Positions 37,750 to 49,824 of a DNA stretch of 64,000 nt are shown one piece after another. The notes beneath the pieces are model-generated. The model was given only the letters and a program-made list of their open reading frames with translations. It searched no databases and was not told the origin of the DNA. Location: positions 61,938,001-62,002,000 of the forward strand of contig NC_043009.1 of assembly GCF_006345805.1 (NCBI RefSeq). The letters are read 5' to 3'. Every line of letters begins with the position of its first letter. The stretch's first letter is position 1. This DNA is from Octopus sinensis. Its lineage: Eukaryota. The position numbers and the translations under genes were made by a program.

Positions 37750-39040
37750 TGAGTAGATTTGATGCAATCCCTTAGTCATAGGCCTTGTGATGGATGAGTG
37801 TGACAGAGTGATAGAAATGCTGGTATGGGGTTGAATATGTGTAGGTTTAATAGTTTCCATTTGTTACACAGGCAACATGGTACAGTGAATAGATTTTAGT
37901 TCTAGATTTTATTTCTACATCTGGTATCTCTTCTGTAAATCTACTAAAGATTCTGTTATAAAACTTAGATCAAACTCTTCTATTGTAGCTTGGAGGAGTA
38001 TACTGATTAGGAGGAGGAGGTTCAGGGCTGAATCCTGCTGGATATCTACTTGAACACTAAATTTGCTGCTCTTAACTCATTGCTAACTCTTAACTGACCG
38101 GCTGCACTTCCGTACATGGTTTATGCAGTCATTTATCTACCCCTAACTTTCTCAGTGTCCACGAATTAACAAAACTTGGGACAGTCAAAGGCCTTCACTA
38201 GGTCCTCAAAGATATTCACCGAATCCACAAAGGTTTATCTAGGTAAATAAAACCCAGATATCGGGGCCTGCTCTTTGTTTCCTGTACTGTGAGAAGGTTT
38301 CAGCTGTATTTCTTGCTGGCATGAAGCTGAATTGCATCTCATCTAGATTTTCTTCTTAATCAATTGATCTATAAAACTTTCTTTTACATAATCTAGTCTA
38401 ACAGTTTGATATTTCTGTATTTCCCTCTCTCTGGTGTATCTCTTTTCTTCCTGTAACAGAGATGATGACAATACTGCTATGCCAGTCATTAGTTGTGACT
38501 TACCTACGTCTTACTCCACCAGATATCTTAACATCTTGGTAATAATTCTTGGTGGGTAAGGTGCCTTCTCTGCCTTCACATCATTAATCACCCCATCTAC
38601 ACAACTGATATCAATTCTCTGTTTGGTCTACTTTAGGAAGACACTTTTTTCCTCAAGCATTGTCCTCATTAAACAGTCTCTCATTATAACAGTTATCTGC
38701 CCTTTTTCTCTTCAATGTGAAACAGCACAAGTGTGCCTTCATACTTTCATACTCTCTCCTCCTCCAATAACTCCTGGATTTTCTCTCTCACACTGCCTTA
38801 CAATCCAGAAAATCTTCCTCTCCTCTGATCTTCCCATCTTAGAACATTAGCAAACTTCTTTCTTGGCTAATTATACTTGGCATCTAACTTCCCTTTTTGC
38901 TACTTCATATTGATCTTTACTACTGCCTTTCTTCCAGTCTTTCCAGGCGTTTTTTAGCATTTGTTACTCAGCCTATACCACTATGCCACTTCATATCACC
39001 CTCTCTTTTGCTGGGACCTTGAAATAGCCATACATAATTT
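37750..39040 (-). mobile_element. Degenerate RTE LINE with RT domain
   Basis: Minus strand gives IFEDLVKAFD, WTLRKLGVDK, TMYGSA and FSVQVDIQQDSALNLLLL (RTE: VDLEKAFD, WALRKLGV, VGVHQGSVLSPLLF); 38640-39030 resembles 23100-23470. Confidence 0.7.
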
Positions 39041-39116
39041 ATAGTATTGTTTTACATTGTGGAAACTTCAGAGTAACAGGTCAATGGGCCGGCTTCAATA
39101 AACTATATATATATAT

Positions 39117-39295
39117 ATCATCATCATCGTTTAATGTCCGTTTTCCATGCTAGCATGGGTTGGGTGGTTCGACCGGGGTCTGGGAAGCCAGGAGGCTGCA
39201 CCAGGCTCCAGTCTGATCTGGCAGTGTTTCTACAGTTGGATGCCCTTCCTAACGCCAACCACTCCGTGAGTGTAGTGGGTGCTTTTTACGTGCCA

Positions 39296-39297
<2 letters not shown>
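39117..39297 (-). mobile_element. Young short RTE 3' end in a (TA)n run; a plus-strand SINE follows at 39343-39620
   Basis: (ATC)n-GTTTAATGTCCGTTTTCCATGCTAGCATGG...GGATGCCCTTCCTAACGCCAACC. Confidence 0.8.
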
Positions 39298-39345
<48 letters not shown>

Positions 39346-39904
39346 TGTTGCTACATCGTAAGAAGTTTGCCTCTCAACTACATGGTTCCGGGTTCAGTCC
39401 CACTTGGGCAAATGTCTTCTCCTATGATCTTGGGCTGACCAAAGCCTTGTGAGAGGATTTAGTAGATGGAAACTGAAAAAAAGCTTGATGTATATATATA
39501 TCTATGACAGTGTGTCTTTGTGTTTTCTGTCCCCCCACCCCACCTGCTTAACAACTGATGTTGATGTGTTTACGTTCCTCTAGCTTAGCAGTTTGGCAGA
39601 AAAGACTGATTGAATAAGGGTCTCCATCAACTTTGTTGATCTCTCCTATGTGAAATCTCACTGTTTTTGAGAGGGTCACCAAAAGTCATGGGCACTCCCT
39701 GTTTTTCTGATTATCTGTGTATAGAACTGTCTAATCTGTGTATAGAACTGTCTATATCATCATCATCATCATCATTGTTATGTTGACTTTTCCTAGCTTG
39801 CATGGGTTGGTTGAATTTTATTGAAGCAGATTTTCTATGGCTAGTTATCCTTCCTGTGACCAACCCATACTTGTCACCAAGCAAGGTAATATTTCCTCAT
39901 GGTT

Positions 39905-39952
39905 CTTGTTTGTCCCCTCTATGTTTAGCCCCTTGTGGGCAATAAATAAATA
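39905..39952 (+). mobile_element. 48-bp 5'-truncated SINE tail with a perfect 17-bp TSD
   Basis: TSD AATATTTCCTCATGGTT at 39888-39904 and 39953-39969; the insert equals the 3' end of the 53528-53924 element. Confidence 0.85.
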
Positions 39953-40622
39953 AATATTTCCTCATGGTTAGTCAGACATATTTTTGCAGAATATTGAAAA
40001 TAACTGACATGGAGATACAAACACCCATGCATTCACATACGCACACAATCATATGCACATACATACACACACGCACGCACGCACATGATGGGCTTGGCCC
40101 AGGGCTACAGTAGAAACACTTACTGAAGGTACCGCACAGTGGGACTGAACCTGAAACCATATGGTTGGGAAGTAAACTTCTTAACCACACAACCACACCA
40201 ATTCAACAGATTTGAATTTGTAATCCTTAACATTACCATCAATCAAGCTGTAAGTAGGTACTACAGTGTGGTATAGGTTGCTGTACTGTATCCATGACCA
40301 AAACTTAAACCTGTCAACAGTCCATTATACTGCATCCAAGAGAAACACATTAAATTACCTATAGCCTAGCTAGCTGTGAGTAGAGATCACAGTATAGCAC
40401 AGTTCATTGTAGTCTGTCCAAGGGTATGACACTTCACTGTCAACAATTCATATCACCAGCTATTAGTAGATACCAGTGTGCTATATAATATAATGCTATG
40501 CGTTATTGCAAGGTTGCATTGTGTACATAGATATGCATCTATATATCTTGTCTATTATGCATTTCTATATATAATATAGTATTTATTTTTATATATTTAT
40601 TTTCTATTATTTATTTCATCAG

Positions 40623-40709
40623 GGCAAAGCGAACATGGATATTCAGAATGTCAACCTACAAACTGCTTTACACCTGGCTGTTGAGAGACAACACACACAG
40701 ATTGTTCGT
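40623..40709 (+). CDS. MIB1: MIB1 coding exon (87 nt, phase 0-0), ankyrin repeat; absent from the ORF track
   Basis: tttcatcag| acceptor; CGT|gtaagt donor; encodes [29 protein letters not shown], continuing the previous exon in frame. Confidence 0.95.
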
Positions 40710-40800
40710 GTAAGTATATAAAGTATGTAAGCATATATGTGTGTGTGTAAATATATATGTAAATAAAGCAGTCAACTTCACTTATTTTTTTGTGTGTGTG

Positions 40801-40843
<43 letters not shown>

Positions 40844-41339
40844 CACACAACAGTCAGTTTTCCTGCTCTGTCAGCTATTTACTTTAAACTTTTTCTGTTC
40901 TTTATAACATCATTCATCACTGGGTCTTCAGAATTATTTGTGTTATGTCTTGTCAATAATGTTTATTTATTCATTCTTGGCCACCTGTCAACACGCCAGG
41001 TTGTGTAGACTAAAACAACTGGTTATTTTTCACCCTTTTATTTTGTTTTTTGTTAGATAAAGAAATCATTGAGAAAGAAAGACGTCAGTTTTCTCAACCA
41101 ACCAAAGAAAATGTGTTTTTTTGTGAATGATAGTGTTTTATGCTGACGCTTGTTATGCCCATAATTTTGTTAAAATGGTTTTGAAAAATACATCCAAATA
41201 GATGCCAGACTTGGATTGGGTGTTGACCAACTGAGTGAACTGATGCAGGTTTTAGTCCCTGGTCATCCTTGATCAAGCAGAACTAACAATTAGGTTCAGT
41301 GTTCTTCTTAAATCACAGCAGAGGAGAACTAGCTGAAGT

Positions 41340-41660
41340 TGTATCCAAGACTTAAGAGAAAGTCAGTGCTTTACAGTTTTGGATGGTGGTACACGAGATA
41401 TGTAACTGGTTATAGTTGTGGGTACCCAAAGTGACCGAGAAGATTCAGCAGAGGAGAATGGGAATTGCTGGTCCTTGTGTCAGGCACCCGGCAGAACTTG
41501 TGTGTCTTATGGCAGTCAATCGAAGGAAGAACCAACAGAAGAAAATGTCTGACTTGTGTGAACAACTTGCTTGAGAACAGTGAAATGGCAAATGTCGATG
41601 AATTAAGAACATGTATGAGGCGGGGGGCATGATGGATGGTGTGCTCGAATGAAATCATTG
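41340..41660 (+). mobile_element. RTE-like LINE C-terminal fragment
   Basis: VPKVTEKIQQRRMGIAGPCVRHPAEL, WQSIEGRTNRR and DELRTCM pieces (RR..LAGHC.RH motif). Confidence 0.6.
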
Positions 41661-41876
41661 AAGCTTTTATGAGAACAGCCAAACTAATTAAACTGTAGTT
41701 GATGGTCATGAAATTGTGTAACATGAAATCTACTTGTTGAATAGTTATTGTAGTCATTTCTGAGTTCTCTTGGTTAAGGGGAGATAATTTTACACTTCAG
41801 AAAAATATAGATTTCTTTATATCAGCTCTGTCACAAATTTGTAGTGGTCGATGAGAGAGTTACGATTTGAAAACCT

Positions 41877-42270
41877 ACTCTTTTACTTGTTTCAGTGATT
41901 TTGACTGCGGCCATGCTGGAGCACCGCCTTTAGTCGAGCAAATCGACCCCGGGACTTATTCTTTGTAAGCCCAGTACTTATTCTATCAGTCTCTTTTGCC
42001 GAACCGCTAAGTAACGGGGACATAAACACACCAGCATCGGTTGTCAAGCAATGCTAGGGGGACAAACACAGACACACAAACATACACATACACATATATA
42101 CATATATACGATGGGCTTCTTTCAGTTTCCATCTACCAAATCCACTCACAAGGCATTGGTTGGCCTGGGGCTATAGCAGAAGACACTTGCCCAAGATGCC
42201 ACGCAGTGGGACTGAACCCTGAACCATGTGGTTGGTTAGCAAGCTACTTACCACACAGCCACTCCTGCGC
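41877..42270 (-). mobile_element. Full-length, relatively young tRNA-derived SINE with internal (TA/TG) microsatellite
   Basis: Minus strand: GGCGCAGGAGTGGCTGTGTGG A-box, GGTTCAGTCCC B-box, body, CTCCAGCATGGCCGCAGTC...AAAAGAGT end; CpG-rich; about 10 relatives in the window. Confidence 0.85.
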
Positions 42271-42744
42271 CTATATCCTAGATATCATACATGTACTGAA
42301 TTCCACTTATTCTACCACAAATGTGTATTTTCTTGCACTCTCTCTCTCTCTCTCTTGTATTTTTATATTCCATCTTTGTTAATAGAAGGCTTGCAAATGT
42401 CTAGATATAGCTAAACAAATGCAAAGACAGTCTTCAGTGGTGAGAGAGTGTTGCTGATTTAATGCATGTGTTTTTGTATGTTGGACAGTTTCAAAAGGAA
42501 GATGAGACCATGTAATAAGAATAAAATTTATTTTGCTTAACTTGAAATGGAATTTTTATGCTGTTGGTCCTTCAAGTTTTATGCTTTCTCTTGCATGCGC
42601 ACACACACACACTCACTGATGCATGCTGTTAATTACACAGATTTTCAAATAATAGACTCAGTGTGCATTTGTGCATAAATGCGCTGGTATGTGTGTGTGT
42701 GTGTGTGTGTGTATATATAATAAAAACTTGCAGACATTTAGACA

Positions 42745-43780
42745 TGAAGCTTGCAGTGCTCGTAACAAGCTTTGGAACATCTGGCAATTAAGTATTTCAA
42801 AGTGAATAAGGTTGACTGTTTCCAGGGTGTGTGTAAGAAGCATTCTTCCTCTTGGAGTTGAAACATGGACTTTGAAGAGGGATCTTGAAGATCAGCATGA
42901 TGAAATGCACACCAGGTTTCTCAGGGGGCTCAAAATATTCTATGGCATGAGCACAAAACCAAAGGGAAGATTTATGGACATATTCTTCTACTATAGTCAT
43001 GGACCAACTACTGCTTTATGAATGTCTTTACTGGATGGAAACTGTGCAGAAGCCTATTATGTGTTTGTATGTGCACGTGCATATGTCTTTGTAGATGATG
43101 AGGAAAGTTTAGAGAGCTATTATCTTTGTTAGTAGATTTGGTTCTCCATTGGTTATGTCAATGAATTTTCCATTTGATTCAATGAATGGAACAACTTACT
43201 CAGGAAATTAACCTACAAGTGGCTGAGTACTCCACAGACATGTGTACTCTTGACTTAGTTCTCAGGGAGATTCAGCATGGCACGGAATGTGACAACTCAT
43301 TTTGCCCAGCTGAGTTAATAACAAGGGGCTTATCTCTCAAAGTAAAGAAAGGGCTGATATTGTACACTGTTTCTCGTTGAAGCATAGTGCAACTTAAAAG
43401 CAAGACTCATGTCTTGATTTGCAGAAGATTTGTTTTGAGCAGAATGAAATGAAGTGAGCATCTTCTGTTGAATATGTAATGTTTGTGTGCATGAATGGAT
43501 GGAGTGTAAATAAGATGGGAGAAAACTGGATAGAAAAAGAATCAGATGTAATCTGTAAGGGAGAATACTGCACTTGGTGTGTTGTGTGATGTTTATGAAA
43601 GATGACAGGTGTATGAACAAGAGCTGAAACTGGATGGAACCTGTAGAAGAGGGAGACGTGAGGAAAAAAAGATGGGGTGAAATAGTGAAGGCTGATGTCA
43701 AGATAGTGTCACCTGACTCATGAAAGAGATGACAAAAGATGAGGATGATTGATGACATACGGTGCTAGAGAAGACCTGCA
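42745..43780 (+). mobile_element. RTE LINE C-terminal fragments (42745-43025, 43325-43780) separated by a CORE-SINE piece (43190-43315, -)
   Basis: NKLWNIW...VCVRSILPLGVETWTLKRDLE (LLYG.ETWTL motif); the second piece parallels 58930-59690. Confidence 0.62.
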
Positions 43781-44732
43781 TACCCAAATAATCGTGTCCT
43801 TCATACCCAAATAATGTGCATCAGAATGGATGGAGACAGGTTCTGCGTCAACATTTGGTCCTTTCACACATTAATTTCCTGTTCCGTCTCCATCCACTCC
43901 CTCCCAGCTCCTTGATAATCTCTCATCTCTGTCACCTTCTTCTGTTCACTGTGCCATGCTGCCAGTGTAATAATGCACTTTATTAAGAGGCACCTTGAAT
44001 AATGGTAACACAAATTCTGCAATTAGAACTTCCACATTCTGTAGATAGAGTTGCATTTTTAGCAGGTAATTTGGAGCTGCTTAGGAATTTGATTGTCTTT
44101 TATTTTCTATTTTCATTTTTTTATATCTCTTTTTATTTTCAGGTGTGATATATTGTTATGAATGATGTGGATGCTTATGTAGTTTCTGGATTGTGTATAA
44201 ACGAATAAGTTATTGTGTTTGATTATCTGAAATGTCTTTTATCTTATGCAATTCCTCTGTACCTATTACCTTGGTACGATCTATTAATTAATAACATTAT
44301 TACTATTTAATTAATGTTATTTAAATAGTGTTTTCTTCAATTCTAGGTAATTTATTCTCAGTTTCTATAATAGATACAATTGTGCAGATTCTTCTTTTGC
44401 AAGAAAAATCTGATATATAACCTTTGAGTTTTCTAGCCAAAGCGGGGTTTTCCACCCAATATTTACATGGTATTAGTTATAGCTTTATGTGTACTTCAAG
44501 ATCCACTATTCTCAAAAAGGATTAAGAATTATATATATATATATATAATACCCATGCTGGTGCCATGCATAAAGCACCCAGCACACTCTATAAAGCAGTT
44601 GGCATTAGGAAGTGCATCCAGCTGTAGAAGTCATGCCAAAACAGACAATGGAACCTAATGCAGCTCTCTGGCTTGCTAGCTCCTGTCAGACTGTCCAATC
44701 CATGCCAGCAAGGATAACAGACATTAAATGAT

Positions 44733-44827
<95 letters not shown>

Positions 44828-45337
44828 TCTGGAGATATGCTGGGACTGTGAAGATCCGACAAATAATGTGAGTTCATGGCTGTTTCCTGCACCAGCTTCA
44901 CATAGAAGCCCCAGCCCATCCAAAGTGCCTTGGATCGTAGGGCGACCTGCTGTACTTGAGGAGACCTATTCAGTCAAGTATGTCAGCATCAAAAATCAAA
45001 TGGAAATTGTGGTTGCGATACCTGTGCCAGTGGCATGTAAAATGCACCATCTGTACGTGGCCGATGCCAGCGCCGCCTTGACTGGCTTCCGTGTCGTGGC
45101 ACATAAAAACCACCAACCGATTGTGGCCATTGCCAGCCTCCCCTGGCACCTGTGCCGGTGGCACGTAAAAAGCGCCCACTACACTCACGAAGTGGTTGGC
45201 GTTAGGAACGGCATCCAACTGTAGAAACACTGCCATATCAGACTGGAGCCTGGTGCAGCCTCATGGCTTCCCAGACCCTGGTCGAACCGTCCAACCCATG
45301 CTAGCATGGAAAACGGACGTTAAACGATGATGATGAT
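44828..45337 (+). mobile_element. RTE LINE 3' end with tandem units and (GAT)n tail; an older short copy lies at 44550-44735
   Basis: Same UTR, CCATGCTAGCATGG palindrome and tail as 24895-25847. Confidence 0.8.
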
Positions 45338-45341
45338 TATA

Positions 45342-45593
45342 TTGGGTTGGTGCATTATTATTGCAGCCTTTTTTTCAACAAATTTTATTCAACAAAAACA
45401 ATAACAACATGTAACAAAAACATCTTTAAATGATTATTCTGGAGCATATTCACCATCTACTTCAATTACTGCTTCCCATTTGCTTTGTAGACAGTCAGAC
45501 CGTCATTTAAAGATGTTTTTGCTAAATATTGTTATTGTTTTTGTTGAATAAAATTTGTTGAAAATAAGTCGCAATAATTATACACCAACCCAA
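45342..45593 (-). mobile_element. mariner-derived MITE, 252 bp, ~90-bp inverted arms
   Basis: TA|TTGGGTTGGTG(C/T)A termini resemble Hsmar1/MADE1-type TIRs; the centre encodes transposase C-terminus KWEAVIEVDGEYAPE* on the minus strand. Confidence 0.85.
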
Positions 45594-45869
45594 TATATCT
45601 ACACACACCCTTCTTTAGATTATCCCCACTTCTGGAGTCCTCATTGATTGTCACAAGATTTTGGTATTACATCTGCCCCACTTGGAGAAATATTTTTAAA
45701 AAATTAAGTCTTTATTTTATGCTCTTCATTACACTCTTTTAGCTTAATTAGCCAAATTCGTGTCATTGACCCTCTTGAGTTATTTCCCTTCTTTGCATTT
45801 TTGATTATGCAAATTACACTTGGCAAAAAAGATATTTAATTCTTTCTCTCAATTAAGAGGGATGATGAG

Positions 45870-46040
45870 ATCATCATCATCATCGTTTAGCGTCCGCTTT
45901 CCATGCTAGCATGGGTTGGACGGTTCAACTGGGGTCTGGGAAGCCAGAAGGCTGCACCAAGCCCAGTCTGATCTGGTAATGTTTCTACGGCTGGATGCCC
46001 TTCCTAACGCCAACCACTCCGTGAGTGTAGTGGGTGCTTT
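45870..46040 (-). mobile_element. Young RTE 3' end ~220 nt upstream of a MIB1 exon
   Basis: (ATC)n-GTTTAGCGTCCGCTTTCCATGCTAGCATGG...CCTAACGCCAACCACTCC. Confidence 0.82.
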
Positions 46041-46257
46041 AAAGTAAATTAAATTTATTTATTCATTTACATGATTAACTAAATATATTTGGAAATGTTT
46101 TAAATTCTGTGCTGTCTTTCAACTTGCTGTAACTACATCTATGATGTAACTGTTGACAACAAACATAAAAACTTATCATGTGATGTGGCATATTTGTAAT
46201 ATTGATTTATAAAATTTGTACTCTGATTTTATTTTATTTTTATTTCTTTCTGCCCAG

Positions 46258-46386
46258 TTACTTGTTCGGGAAAAATGTAACCTGAATGTTCCGGATAAAG
46301 ATGGTGATACGCCCCTCCACGAGGCATTACGTCATCATACACTTTCACAACTTCGACAACTTCAAGATATGCAAGATGTTAGCAGG
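46258..46386 (+). CDS. MIB1: MIB1 coding exon (129 nt, phase 0-0)
   Basis: T-rich tract plus cccag| acceptor; AGG|gtaagg donor; encodes [43 protein letters not shown]. Confidence 0.96.
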
Positions 46387-46624
46387 GTAAGGAATTACCA
46401 TCTAACTACTTTGATATTGAACCAAACATTTGCAGTTTTGCAGAAAACCTCATTAAGGATTCCAACATTTTTTTCTCTAATCTTTTGTACTAACAATTTA
46501 TCTTTGTTGTGAATCTGACAGAAGGTGAGGCGTTGCTAATAAAATTTTTTAATTTGTTTCCAGATGTTTCTCTAACACTGGTCTTTACCTGTTGTCTTCC
46601 TACATCACTAGTCTGTTTCAAATG

Positions 46625-46995
46625 TCATTGATTTAGCATATATTCATCATCAAAGCAATTATGATGTCCCTTCGTTGTAGTCCACATATCAGCTCCATAG
46701 AGAAGAATACTCTCTCCATATGCCCGGAAGAAAACCAGCCGTGTTGGTTTTAAAGTAGTTGATTGGCAGATGTGAAACTTGTTACAAACCTTTGAGGCTT
46801 GTTCCTTGTGTGTCAGTAAGTCTCGTCTTATGGATAGCAGCATAGGGCCCAAAACCAAAGAGGAGATCTATGAATGCATTCCACCATTCTCTGCTATTAC
46901 TGTTCAACATAGGGTAGGCTTTGCTGGTCACTGCTATCATACAGAACACCAAGGCATATTAGATGTTATATTTTAGAGATTTCCACACCCCTAAT
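46625..46995. mobile_element. RTE LINE fragment with an internal inversion
   Basis: Minus-strand RLVFFRAYGESILLYGADMWTTTK...FDDEYMLN (46858-46625) abuts plus-strand TKEEIYECIPPFSAITVQHRVGFAGHCYH (46850-46976). Confidence 0.68.
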
Positions 46996-47088
46996 AAAAG
47001 ATGAAAGCCACTCAACTACTTTGAGATTGGTGGAAACAGGCAACATAAAATTGAGGAAACGGGTGACACAATGGGTAATTAAAATGAA

Positions 47089-47412
47089 CTCTGGAACTGA
47101 CAGTAACTAGTCTGGATTCTGGAGTTGAGGGTAACTAGTCACCCTCTGGAGTTGAGCAGGGGGTTATTAATCTGGGCCCTGGGAGTGAGGGTAAGCATAT
47201 AGACTTTGGAGGTGAGGGTAACTTGTATATGGCTGAAGATAATTAATCTCATGTCTAGGAGTGGGGGTAACTGGTCTGGTCTCTGGAGTTGAGGGTAACC
47301 ATTCTAGTCCCAAGGATTGAGGGTGACTACTTTGGTTTGTGCAGTTGTAGGTACCTAATCTGACCTTTAAAATTGAGGGCAACTAGTATGGTCTCTGGTG
47401 TTGACGGTAGTG
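47089..47412. repeat. Degenerate minisatellite, ~28-bp unit, about 11 copies
   Basis: Consensus CTCTGGAGTTGAGGGTAACTAGTCTGG. Confidence 0.8.
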
Positions 47413-48129
47413 AGTTTGCCATCTTAGCCTTTGTAAGTGAAGTTATTGTTGCTAGGCTTCAGGTGTGGGGATGGCAACATTGTCTTCTGGTGAGTTAATA
47501 TGAAGACTACAGAGTAATAATTTGAAGTGAAGCTGAGATTTCTCTATAACTATTCTGATCTGTTAGCATGGCTGTTAACTTTCAAATGCTTGATATTGTG
47601 TATGACTTTGTTCCAGTACTTCACATTTCATTCCAAACTAACATAAACATAACCTGAGACTGTATTTTGCTGCCTTTCAATCATACGTTGCTAACATCAT
47701 CATTTAGGTCATTATAATAGGCGCATTTTATAGTAGACTCTTTGGTTTATCAGTCGTAGGTTCTTGCACCTCACTGGAAATGAAAGCAGTAAAAGTTGTA
47801 AGTCTGCCAGGGAGTGCTGTGTAGATTGTACTGTACTTGGTGGTTGTTTAGTTCATCTGGTTGTGGAAATGTCTTATCTTGACATAAGAATAACATTGTT
47901 AATTGTTACACAATGGAAAGAGTTGTACTGGAAAAGGAAGTAACAGAGGCCTGAAGCTTATGGACTATGAGTTGAGAGAGAGAGAGAGAAAGCGAGGGAG
48001 AATGTGTGTGAGTCATAGTGAAGTTAGAAGAAAGTTGGTAGGATAGATATAATGCAGTGTTGATTTGAAAGACTGATGCCGTATGAAGCAGCTGCAGTAG
48101 TTGTTTGTTATTTTAAGCAAAGAACGAAT

Positions 48130-49080
48130 TGCACTTCTTGGAATTTGTCTTAGAGAACACTTTCTGGTAAATGCCATAATGTGTAGTTGGGTGAAGAATG
48201 AAGAAGCTGGAGTAAATGAAAGGCTGTAAAGACAGTTCGTGCTGTGTAGGAAGATATTGCCAACAAGATGGAGATCAGCAGTGATTTCACATCTTCATAG
48301 TCTTTGTAGCATTAAATCTGAAGTTCAAGGTCAGAATATTTAGGAACTTTTATTGTTCACTGATGATCTGATTCTCGTAGAAATTTTTGAAGAACTGCAG
48401 AAAATGTTCCAAACTCAGGGTAGTTGAGACTTGATTATAAAGCATAACAAAACAACTAGCTTTCAGTTCTGTGTACTTGATGTGTATTGCCAGTGTATAG
48501 GAAGTCAGTGTGGTGTTCTGTACATGTGTAAGAAGCTAGTTTTATGGACTGCATGTGTATAAGGAGTCAATTCAATGTACTGTATGCATGCAGAGAATCA
48601 GGGCTGCATATGGCTAGGAAGTTAGTTCTGTGTACCACACATGTGTGTAGGGAGTCACTGTTATTTTATGTACTATACATGTCTAGAGAGTCATCATTCA
48701 TCATCATCATCATCATTTAATGTCCACCTTCCATGCTGCCATGGGTTGAATGGTTTGACAGGAGCCTGCACCAGACTTTGGTGTCTGTTTTTGGCAGGGG
48801 TTTCATGGCTGGATGCCCTTCCTAACACCAACCACCCAACAGGGAATCTGCTTGTAATGTATGACTCTGTAAAGTGTGTTCTGTATGTGTGTAGGGAGTT
48901 AGTGTTGTACACATGAAGGCAAGAAGTTGAGATCAAAACTAGTTACAAAATTTTTTCTCTTCTGAACAAAGAATAGACTGTATGAAGCATGTGTGAAGTA
49001 TGTGATGCTGTAAAGATAACAAGACATAAGTGTTGAATGCAGGTCTATGGAGGTTCGACAGACTTAAGTATGGTGTGTTG
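48130..49080 (+). mobile_element. Very degenerate RTE RT remnant with a minus-strand RTE tail inserted at 48697-48845
   Basis: TDDLILVE..EELQKMF (YADD motif region) followed by Cys-rich remnants; (ATC)n-tailed insert. Confidence 0.45.
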
Positions 49081-49347
49081 GATAAGTGGGCCATCAGTGG
49101 CAGAATTAGTAGAGCTTTGGAGAAAAATACTTTGTGCTATTTTATTATGTTCCCTTATGTTCTGGGTTCAAGTCTTGACTGGTATTTATTTTAATAAGTA
49201 TCAGTTTACAATATTATGGCCTTACACGCTTGAGAGCGGTGCTCCAGCATAGTCAAAGTCGAGTAAGTGAAACTGAAGAATTATAGTAACTGTCATGAAA
49301 GATTGATGATGACAAAAAAAAAAAAAAACTAAAAAAATGTGTTGTAC

Positions 49348-49505
49348 GTTAACCATATCCGGCCAAAATATTCTCCCCTGTTTTATGTTCAAATTGGCCA
49401 GGTCTGGTCTCACACCAGCCCTACTATGTAATTCTAAAAATTAACAGTTACTTCATCAAAATAAGTAAGCATAACTTTTGAGAGAATAATGTGAATGATA
49501 AAGGG
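49348..49505 (-). mobile_element. piggyBac-like MITE relic (family of 12372-12592)
   Basis: Reverse match to 12480-12580; ends GATAAAGGG-TTAA. Confidence 0.55.
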
Positions 49506-49784
49506 TTAAAGACTGTGTGTGAGTGTTAGTGTGAGAAGAAAGAGATGTGATGGGAGTTTAGTGAGTGAGAAGAAACTGATGGTGAGAGACAACTGTGGCA
49601 GGGTTACAGAAGTAGTTTGATACAAAAAAGTCGGGCCTTACAAATATTGCAGGATTGTGAAAAAAAGGACAATATATAATGCACTACAGACCCAGCCAAC
49701 CCACCCACAAGATAAAAAGGACAAATTATATCATTATTGTTATCATTATCATTATATTTATTGTGATTGTTACTGTTGTTATCT

Positions 49785-49824
<40 letters not shown>

